From assembly GCA_046754105.1 (NCBI GenBank), contig JBHHVD010000019.1, positions 1-41,249 on the forward strand: a DNA stretch of 41,249 bases, given 5' to 3'. The DNA is from Candidatus Krumholzibacteriia bacterium (GTDB lineage Bacteria; Krumholzibacteriota; Krumholzibacteriia; WVZY01). The position numbers and the translations under genes were made by a program. Positions 1 through 7,769 of this stretch are shown here, piece after piece (within the stretch, counting starts at the first letter, position 1; each line of letters begins with the position of its first letter). A model generated the notes under the pieces. The model worked only from the letters and a program-made list of their open reading frames with translations, did no database searches and was not told the origin of the DNA.

Positions 1-1
1 C

Positions 2-3000
2 GTCGTCGACACGACGGGAGCGGTTTCGGTCCCCGGTGTGAAGGATATTCTCGTGCTGGTGTCGGGTACCGAGATAAACAGCGGTACACCGATCAGCTCG
101 GGCGCCGGCAGCGGCAGCGTGGGAATGGAACTGTTCCCGCAGCTTGCGTACGTCGCCGGGTCGCTGGTACCGGGCATCGCCTCGGCCGGAACCGAGGTTG
201 AATTCCGCATGAACGTGAGCAACACGAACCTGGCCGCGGCCACGTTGCGCCTGGACCCCGCGCAGACGCGGTTTCGGTTCGGCGGCGGGCTTTTCGCGGC
301 CGGGCTCGATCCGGCGAGTATCGACTCCGTCGCCGGCGGCGCGGCGCCCGTGCTGCGGTTTCGAGCGACTCTGGTCGATACGCTCGTACCGCTCGGCGCG
401 CAGACCGCGTTCGTCGACCTGGTCGGGGTCGAGAACGGCAATCCGCTGAGCCGGACCTTGATGTTGACACCCGGCGACCTCCTCGTGCAGCAGGCGCCGC
501 AGTTGAGCATCAAGAGGATCGCGCCCAAACAGGCCACCGTGACAAGCGGACAGGGCAGGAATTGGGACGTCATCATGGCCGTTCGCAACAACGGCCAGGC
601 GAGCGTCGACCTGGACCTGGCGTCGACCGCTCTCCAATTCGTCTCACTGGCGAGCGGCAACGTGACGGGCGACTACGTGGTCCAGCCACCCGTGGCGCTC
701 GAGACCGGCGGCGGCACACTCCTCCCCGGTGGCATAGAGGATTCGTTGAGGTTCGTGGTGCTGAGTACCGGGGACACCACGGGTACCGTCCTCCTCAACG
801 GTACCGTGGTCGGCGTCAGTCCCCAGAACCCCCTTCTCATCTTCTCCGACGACACGGTGGATGGAGGAAGCGGCAGCGTTACCGTACAGCCCCCGGGCGT
901 GCTCGATATCGTTTCGATCGCCCCGAGCCAGCCGACGCTGACGGCCGCGCAGCTGCAGCCGTGGGTCGCGCGCATGGTGCTGCGTAACACCGGCGGCGCG
1001 ACCGTGCAACTCCAGCCGGCGGCGGCCGCGCTTGAATTTGCACCTGCCGGTGCGTGGTTCTGGACCCCGCGCCCGGCGCTCGAGGGCGGCGGAACGCGGC
1101 TCGACCCCGGCGAGATCGACAGTCTCTTCTTCGACGTGACGGCGACAGCGGTTCCGGGGTCATACACAATGGGTGGCCGAGTATCGGCGGTCGAGCTCAA
1201 CAGCGGCGATATGCGGGCCGACACGACTGACACCTCCGGTACGGGAAACGTCGAGGTCGAGACCGCGGCGGACCTGTCCATCCTGCAGATCACCAAATCC
1301 AGGGAACCGGTGACCAATCTACAAAACGCACCGTGGACCATAGATGTCACGATCCGAAACAACGGAACGGCGGACCTCGCCCTGGAGCCGGCGGAAACCC
1401 GGGTCACCTTTCCCACCGCGACGCCGGCGGATACGGTAACCCTCCCCTCCGGCGCTGCGGTGCTCGAGGGCGACTCGTCCGCGGTTCTTAGATTTACGGT
1501 GGGTCCGGCCCCCGACTTCGGCACGCCGGGCAGCCATCCCTTCGACGTGCACCTGGCCGGACGGGAGCTGAATACCGACACGTTGGTTACGGCGGACTCG
1601 GCGGCCGTCATCGCCGTGCAGCTGCCACCGGACCCCGCGTACGTGCCGGGCTCCCTGAATCCGGTCAACCTCACGCGGGGCAGCAACGTCGTCTTCGCCG
1701 TGGACCTCGCCGAAGCCGCGGGCACGTCGAATCTCCAACTCGACCCCGACCAGACACGTTTCGTTCTCTCGGACGGCACACGTGAGGTGCGCGCACGGCT
1801 CGACGCGACCTTCGAGGATTCGATCACCGCGGGCGCCTCTACCCGATTGGTTTTCGAGAACACACTCGTCGACAGTTCCTTCCTTGCCGGGACCTTCTTG
1901 CCGGAAGTGCAGATCGCCGGTATCGAAAACGGAAATGGGTACCTGAAAACCATGATTTTCACCAGCCCCGACAGCGTCACGATCGTCGATCCCGCCCGGG
2001 TTCGCATCGATAGCATTCTTGTTTCGCAGGGTACCGTAACGGCCTCACAGACACGGGACTGGACGGTTCGCATGGTGGTGGTCAACGGCGGCGATACACC
2101 GATCCGCATCGATTCCACCGGTACGGGGTTGAACCTCACGCTCTTCGGTGCCGGCGACGTGACCGGCGACTACACGATCACCGGTGACTACCGGTTTGAG
2201 AATATCGGCTCGGATGTGCTGCCCGCTGCCCAGACCGGTGAGATTCTCTTTACCGTCGGCGTGACGGGGCCGGCCACGGGGCAGCTGAGTGTCCACGGGC
2301 AGTTCGCCGCCGTGGATACCATGACGGCGGAAGCCGTCACGGACAACACGTTCGACGGCGGCTGGGCGAATGTCGTGGTGCAGGCACCGGCGAGCCTGCG
2401 CGTGATGCGGATCCGTACGTCGCAAGCGGCCGTTACGGCCGGCCAGGGTACGGATTGGTGGGCCGTCGTGCAGGTACAAAACACGGGTGAAGCGGCAGCT
2501 CGGCTCGTGTTCGATGCGGTGTTTCCCGAGATTAGGACGCTGCCGGCATCGGGCTTCCAGTGGTTGGGGCCGACACGTCTCGCCGGCGGGGCGGACTCGA
2601 CGCTCGCGGGCGGGGAACTCGACAGCCTGATCTTCACGGCCGACGCCACGGGCTCTTTGCCGGGACCGGCTCTGCTGCACGCCGCCGTGCGGGGAATCGA
2701 GGGTAACAGCGGTATCCAGAACGAGTGGGACACCGAGCTGCAAGGCAGCGGTTTCGGAACGATCGTCGTACAGGATTCGGCGCGTGTCGACATAGAGAGC
2801 ACGGTCGTCACCGCGCCCAACTCACCCAATGTCAACACGGGCCAGGTATTCGGAGTGCGCGTCGGGATCGCCAACCCGGGGGAAGCCGACCTGGCGGACG
2901 TAACGTTCACGATTGCCGCCTCTGGTGGCAGCGTTCCACAACCGCCCGATACGGTGACGATCAACCGCCTGGCAGGCGGCGCCACGATGGCCGATACGCT

Positions 3001-5827
3001 CCTCGTGATGGCCGATGGTGTTACGGGTGCGGAGTCGGTGACCGCCGTCGTTGTCTCTGCCTTCGACGCCAACGCCATGGATTCGACACTCGTGATCATC
3101 GGCCCGCACACGGACTCGCTGGAGACCTTCGCCAAGACGACGCCGGCGCTGCTGGCGGTCTCGGGCGTGGCCCCGAGCCAGCCCACCGTTACCCGCCAGC
3201 AGACGAAGGCGTGGACCGTGGACGTGACGGTGCGGAACGACGGCGGGACGGAGCTCACGCTGGCGACGCCCGCGGGTAGCGATCTTTCGTTCTTCCTCGG
3301 GCCCGCGCCGCTCAACGACTATATCGTAGCACCGCCTTCGACCTTTCTCTCCGGGCGTCCAGGGTGGACCGTCGGTGGTTTCGCCAGGGACACACTGCGA
3401 TATTTCATAACGACCACGGGCAGCGACACCGGTTCGGTTCGGGTGGAAGCGGCGCTCTCCGGGAGCGATGTGAACGATCTCACGGCGGTTGCCGGCCTGG
3501 ATAGCGCCACCGTTCGCGTGGTGAGTCCGTCGGGGCTGCGCATTACGGCTACCCGTGTCGACACGGCAACCGCGCCCAACAACCCACAGCCCGATCTGGC
3601 CGTCGTGAACAGCCGCCAGCCGTTCGTGATGGAGGTCGTGGTCCGGAACAGCGGGGAAGCGGTGGACAGTGTGGAGGTCACGCTCTCCAGCGACGGGGCC
3701 ACGATGATCTCAGCCGCGAGCCCGCAGTCGGTATCCATGCCTGCCGATTCCAGCACCATCTTCGCATTCGCCGTCACGGCGGATTCGCTGGCCGTGCAGC
3801 AGGGGCAGAAGCAGCTGCTCCTGACCTCGGCCGTCACCCGGGCCGTTTCTGTCAATTCCGGCCTGCCGGTCGCCCCGAAACCGCCCGTCGATGACCGGGA
3901 GGTCATTGTCGTCCAGAAGCCTGTGGATCTAGGCACGCGCCTCGACATCGCCGCCCCACCGCAAGCTCTCGATGGCAGCGTCAGCACCGGACAGACCTTC
4001 GCCGTGACCGCGGTGGTTGAAAACCGGGGTACGGCGCTGGAAGACGGCTCCGGGGAACTCACGCTGAGCGTACCGGCCGGATTTCTGTTGGGCCCCGCCA
4101 CGCCCGACAGCGTGAGCGCGTTCGTCGCCGGCACGCCGGTGAGTTGGGACGTGGTGGCGCCGGCGGCACCCGCCCTCGCCCAGCCGCTCACCGCCCGTAT
4201 CTCGAGGATTCCACTGGATATCAACACGAACGCGCCGGGCGGCGTCTCGCTGGCGGATTCGACGGTAACCGTAGACGTGCTCGGCGCCGCCGGTTTCAGC
4301 TCGCCGGCAGTGAGCATCTTGTCGCCGGGCGGCGCGACGGACGCAACGCTCAGCGCCGCGCAGGAATTTGTTGTCGAGGCCACCGTCGTTGCCCAGGTGA
4401 CCACGGTCAATATCACTTCCACGCTGGTCCATACGGCGGGGCTGCAGCCCGTGGGCCCGATCGTGCGAAGCCTCGCCGATGGCAACGGCGGCTTGCAGAG
4501 CGTCCAGTACCGTATCCGGGCACCCGCCGCAGCCGGGGCGGAAACACTCCAGGTCCGATTCGACGGTACGGATGCCAACACCGGGACGGCCGCTGTCGAT
4601 TCGAGCCAGTCAGTCCCGCTCCAGGTCGTGCCCGGAACGGCTTTGACGCTGAGCGCGGTTCTTGCTTCACCCGAGGCGCAGGATGGATCGGTGTCGGTAG
4701 GGGCACCGTTTACCGTCAAGGCCGTCGTCGAAAACGCCGCCGTAGCCGCCGCCGTCGATACGTCCGTGGCAAAGCCGCGGATCTCGATGACGCTGCCAGC
4801 GGGCTACGCCCTGGATGCGACGTCACCGCCGGCCTCACAGGCGTTTACCGTCGGGGCTGCCGACGATTCGGTGACGTGGATCGTCCGCGCGCCGATGCAG
4901 ATCTCGGGACCCGACCTGATCGTCATCCGCCTGGACAGTATGCCGGCCGACGAGAACAGCGGCCTGCCGGCGGTACGCGTCGTCGACCGCAAGGACCTCG
5001 CGGTTCAGACCGAGGCATCGGTGGTAACCGTGCAGAATATCTCCAGCGTGCTGGGCTTGTCGACTCGTGTCGTCCCCAAGGGTGCGCGAGACGTGCAGAT
5101 GATGGCCGTGCGAATCGAAAACCCCGATGTCAACGCGGATTCCGTACGGCTGCGCTGGATCGACATTGCCGTCCGCGACCAGAACGGCGGTTTGATCGCG
5201 AATCCGGCAGCGGCGCTCGACGAATTCTACGCCGTCAAGGACGGTCTACGCATCGACGGCGTTACGAGCCAGAACCCCGTGCGCGTGCCGGTGGACGCAC
5301 TCGGCCAGAACGCCGTGGTTCCGCCCCAGGGCTCGACCGATATCGTCTTTGGTATGAGCATTGCGGCGGGGGCGGTGTTCGAGGCGCTCACGATCGAGGT
5401 GCGCGGACAAAACGACATGCGGGTTGAGAACGTTATTTCCAGCGAAATGATCCTCGTGGTCGACAAGGTAACCCGGCAGGACTTCGCCGGCACGCTGCGC
5501 TCGCGGAATCTCGTCATTCTTAGCAGCCAATTCTCGGAGTACACGCACAATTACCCGAACCCGTTCCGGGCCGGCCGGGAATCCACGCGCATTGCGTATT
5601 TCCTGAACACTCCGGCGAGCGTTTCGATTCGAATCTTCACGATCGGGGGCGAGCTGGTGTATGAGCGACGCCTCGCCGTCGGGGAGCCGTTGACCGGCGC
5701 AGGGCCCCAGGAGGTGCTCTGGGACGGGCGCAACATGGCGGGGCGCGTGGTGCGCAACGGGTTATACGTGTGCAGGGTCGAGGCGGGCCCGAATTCGGCG
5801 ACGTTCAGAATCGCCGTGGCAAAATGA
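2..5827 (+). CDS. Giant repetitive surface/secreted protein (tandem Ig-like beta-rich repeats; C-terminal FlgD-Ig/T9SS-type sorting-like domain); 5' end lies outside the window
   Basis: Frame is open from position 2 (VVDTTGAVSVPGVKDIL...), so the ORF-track GTG at 38 is probably internal. It has ~130-aa repeats with motif L-x-I-x2-I-x2-SQ-x-TVT-x2-Q-x3-W-x-V-x-(M/V)-x-VRN-x-G. The C-terminus reads HNYPNPF...RIFTIGGELV...WDGRNMAGRVVRNGLYVCRV. Stop TGA at 5825-5827. Confidence 0.85.
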   Translation, partial: VVDTTGAVSVPGVKDILVLVSGTEINSGTPISSGAGSGSVGMELFPQLAYVAGSLVPGIASAGTEVEFRMNVSNTNLAAATLRLDPAQTRFRFGGGLFAAGLDPASIDSVAGGAAPVLRFRATLVDTLVPLGAQTAFVDLVGVENGNPLSRTLMLTPGDLLVQQAPQLSIKRIAPKQATVTSGQGRNWDVIMAVRNNGQASVDLDLASTALQFVSLASGNVTGDYVVQPPVALETGGGTLLPGGIEDSLRFVVLSTGDTTGTVLLNGTVVGVSPQNPLLIFSDDTVDGGSGSVTVQPPGVLDIVSIAPSQPTLTAAQLQPWVARMVLRNTGGATVQLQPAAAALEFAPAGAWFWTPRPALEGGGTRLDPGEIDSLFFDVTATAVPGSYTMGGRVSAVELNSGDMRADTTDTSGTGNVEVETAADLSILQITKSREPVTNLQNAPWTIDVTIRNNGTADLALEPAETRVTFPTATPADTVTLPSGAAVLEGDSSAVLRFTVGPAPDFGTPGSHPFDVHLAGRELNTDTLVTADSAAVIAVQLPPDPAYVPGSLNPVNLTRGSNVVFAVDLAEAAGTSNLQLDPDQTRFVLSDGTREVRARLDATFEDSITAGASTRLVFENTLVDSSFLAGTFLPEVQIAGIENGNGYLKTMIFTSPDSVTIVDPARVRIDSILVSQGTVTASQTRDWTVRMVVVNGGDTPIRIDSTGTGLNLTLFGAGDVTGDYTITGDYRFENIGSDVLPAAQTGEILFTVGVTGPATGQLSVHGQFAAVDTMTAEAVTDNTFDGGWANVVVQAPASLRVMRIRTSQAAVTAGQGTDWWAVVQVQNTGEAAARLVFDAVFPEIRTLPASGFQWLGPTRLAGGADSTLAGGELDSLIFTADATGSLPGPALLHAAVRGIEGNSGIQNEWDTELQGSGFGTIVVQDSARVDIESTVVTAPNSPNVNTGQVFGVRVGIANPGEADLADVTFTIAASGGSVPQPPDTVTINRLAGGATMADTLLVMADGVTGAESVTAVVVSAFDANAMDSTLVIIGPHTDSLETFAKTTPALLAVSGVAPSQPTVTRQQTKAWTVDVTVRNDGGTELTLATPAGSDLSFFLGPAPLNDYIVAPPSTFLSGRPGWTVGGFARDTLRYFITTTGSDTGSVRVEAALSGSDVNDLTAVAGLDSATVRVVSPSGLRITATRVDTATAPNNPQPDLAVVNSRQPFVMEVVVRNSGEAVDSVEVTLSSDGATMISAASPQSVSMPADSSTIFAFAVTADSLAVQQGQKQLLLTSAVTRAVSVNSGLPVAPKPPVDDREVIVVQKPVDLGTRLDIAAPPQALDGSVSTGQTFAVTAVVENRGTALEDGSGELTLSVPAGFLLGPATPDSVSAFVAGTPVSWDVVAPAAPALAQPLTARISRIPLDINTNAPGGVSLADSTVTVDVLGAAGFSSPAVSILSPGGATDATLSAAQEFVVEATVVAQVTTVNITSTLVHTAGLQPVGPIVRSLADGNGGLQSVQYRIRAPAAAGAETLQVRFDGTDANTGTAAVDSSQSVPLQVVPGTALTLSAVLASPEAQDGSVSVGAPFTVKAVVENAAVAAAVDTSVAKPRISMTLPAGYALDATSPPASQAFTVGAADDSVTWIVRAPMQISGPDLIVIRLDSMPADENSGLPAVRVVDRKDLAVQTEASVVTVQNISSVLGLSTRVVPKGARDVQMMAVRIENPDVNADSVRLRWIDIAVRDQNGGLIANPAAALDEFYAVKDGLRIDGVTSQNPVRVPVDALGQNAVVPPQGSTDIVFGMSIAAGAVFEALTIEVRGQNDMRVENVISSEMILVVDKVTRQDFAGTLRSRNLVILSSQFSEYTHNYPNPFRAGRESTRIAYFLNTPASVSIRIFTIGGELVYERRLAVGEPLTGAGPQEVLWDGRNMAGRVVRNGLYVCRVEAGPNSATFRIAVAK

Positions 5828-5834
5828 GGAAACC

Positions 5835-7760
5835 ATGAGACGACACAACACAAAGCGACGCGCGCTGCTGTCCGCCCTTGCGGGATGCTTCGCGCTCGTC
5901 GCGTTCGGCGTGGTGGCGTTCGTTCCCACGCCGGCGGGCGCACAGGATGGAACGGCCGGTACGCAGAGTGTCTTTTCGACTCTCGGGGCTGGGTCGCGCG
6001 GAATGTCGTTGGGGCGGTCGTTCGTGAGCCTGGCCGACGACGCAAGCGCCATATACTGGAATCCCGCCGCGCTCAAGAACGTGAGGTCGCGGCAGTTCAT
6101 GGGCATGTACATGCCGTTGTTCGGCGATTTTTCCGATGCTACCTACACATTTCTCGGTGCCGCGTACCCCACGCTCAGCGCCGGCGCCTACGGTATCGGC
6201 TTCATGCGCGTCGGCTCGAACTTCGAGGGTTTTGACGACGCCAGCGTGCCGACGGGGACGCAAGAGTACTCGGAGACGCAGGTGTTGATCGGTTATGCGT
6301 TCGAGCAGCGATACCCGTACGCGCACGGGTCGCTCGCCACCGGGTTCAGTTTCAAGATTGCCAACCAGAAGATCGCCTCCCGGTCGAGCACCGCCCCGGG
6401 CATCGATTTGGGTTTTCGTTATCAGCCCGATTTCATCCCGCGCTTCTCACTGGGCATCAACTTTCAGGACCTCGTGGGGCCCAAGCACCGCCTGGACCGC
6501 GAGCTGGACGAGACGGCGCGCACGATCCTGGCCGGTGTCGGTTACACGCACGTGCTCCGCAACGGCTCGGCACTACGCCTGTTGATGCAGCTCGACATGC
6601 CCGAGCGGGCGGGGAGCAAGTTTCACGTCGGTGCCGAGTACACATTTGCCCGCTACGCCGCGCTCAGGTTGGGCATGGACGACGGCAACTTCACCTTCGG
6701 CCTGGGTGTTACCGTGCGGGAATTCGGTCTCGACTTTGCTTTTGTCAACCGGGAGACAGCGGGTTCGTCGCAGCCGGTGTCCTTCACGGCCCCGTACGGG
6801 GCTACCCTGTACGAGCAGGAGGAGGCACTGGCGAAAGAGCAAAAACGAAGGGACCAGGCGCTTTTGCAGAGGGTGTTCGCGCGCCGGGTCGGGGAGCATC
6901 GGGAAAACGCCCGCCGGGCGGAGACGGACGGCCACGAGGCCGCGGCCCTCGACGAGTGGAAGATCGTACTCGAATACATGCCGGGTGACGAGGAGGCCAC
7001 GCAGCGCATGGAGATGTTGACGCAGCACCTCGTCGAGGCGCAGGAGGCCGTGACTCGGAACATCGAGAACCGGGCTGCGATCAGTGAGCGGTTCGAGGCG
7101 GGTTTGCAACTTTATCAAGACAACGACTACGTACGTTCGCGGCGAGAGTGGTTCGCGATCCTCGCTCTCGATTCCACGCACGCCGACGCGCGCGCCTACT
7201 TGAAGAGAACGCAGGAGAAGATCGATGAGACCGTTGCCGACCATGTCGCGATGGCAGGACAACTGGAGAAAGACCAGCGGTTGACCGAGGCGATGGGTGA
7301 GTGGCACAACGTTCAGATACTCGACCCGGGTAACGCGGACGCCGAAGCGGCGCTCGACCGTATTCGCGACCGTATCCAAACCCAAAGCCAGAGCCTGGCG
7401 CAAACGGAAAGGCGCCTGCAAGTCGTCAACCTCTACAACGCCGCGTTGCAGGCGTTCGACCGGGGCGACTACCAGGGAACGCTCCGCGAGCTCGAAGGCG
7501 TTTTCGAACGCGATCCCGAGCACCGGGAGGCGAGGCAGTTGCGCGCGATGGCGACGAGGAAACTGACGCCGCTGACCAAGGAAGAAGAACAGGCCATTCG
7601 GCGCTTTTTCCTCCAGGGCATGCAACATTTCTCCAAGGACCGCTACCTCGCGGCCATTCGCGAATGGGATAAAATCCTCAAGATCGACCCGACGAACAGA
7701 AGCGTCAAAAAGAACATCGAAGAGGCCCGGGAGCGCCTCAAGCAACTGGAACGCCCCTAG
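5835..7760 (+). CDS. PorV/PorQ-like outer-membrane beta-barrel fused to a C-terminal TPR region
   Basis: RBS GAGGA precedes ATG; signal peptide ends ...PAGAQ. Family-type N-terminus LGAGSRGMSLGRSFVSLADDASAIYWNPAAL, then amphipathic beta strands, then helical TPR-like repeats (EWKIVLEYMPGDEEA, EWHNVQILDPGNADA, EWDKILKIDPTNRSV). Confidence 0.8.
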   Translation: MRRHNTKRRALLSALAGCFALVAFGVVAFVPTPAGAQDGTAGTQSVFSTLGAGSRGMSLGRSFVSLADDASAIYWNPAALKNVRSRQFMGMYMPLFGDFSDATYTFLGAAYPTLSAGAYGIGFMRVGSNFEGFDDASVPTGTQEYSETQVLIGYAFEQRYPYAHGSLATGFSFKIANQKIASRSSTAPGIDLGFRYQPDFIPRFSLGINFQDLVGPKHRLDRELDETARTILAGVGYTHVLRNGSALRLLMQLDMPERAGSKFHVGAEYTFARYAALRLGMDDGNFTFGLGVTVREFGLDFAFVNRETAGSSQPVSFTAPYGATLYEQEEALAKEQKRRDQALLQRVFARRVGEHRENARRAETDGHEAAALDEWKIVLEYMPGDEEATQRMEMLTQHLVEAQEAVTRNIENRAAISERFEAGLQLYQDNDYVRSRREWFAILALDSTHADARAYLKRTQEKIDETVADHVAMAGQLEKDQRLTEAMGEWHNVQILDPGNADAEAALDRIRDRIQTQSQSLAQTERRLQVVNLYNAALQAFDRGDYQGTLRELEGVFERDPEHREARQLRAMATRKLTPLTKEEEQAIRRFFLQGMQHFSKDRYLAAIREWDKILKIDPTNRSVKKNIEEARERLKQLERP

Positions 7761-7769
7761 GATGAGCGA

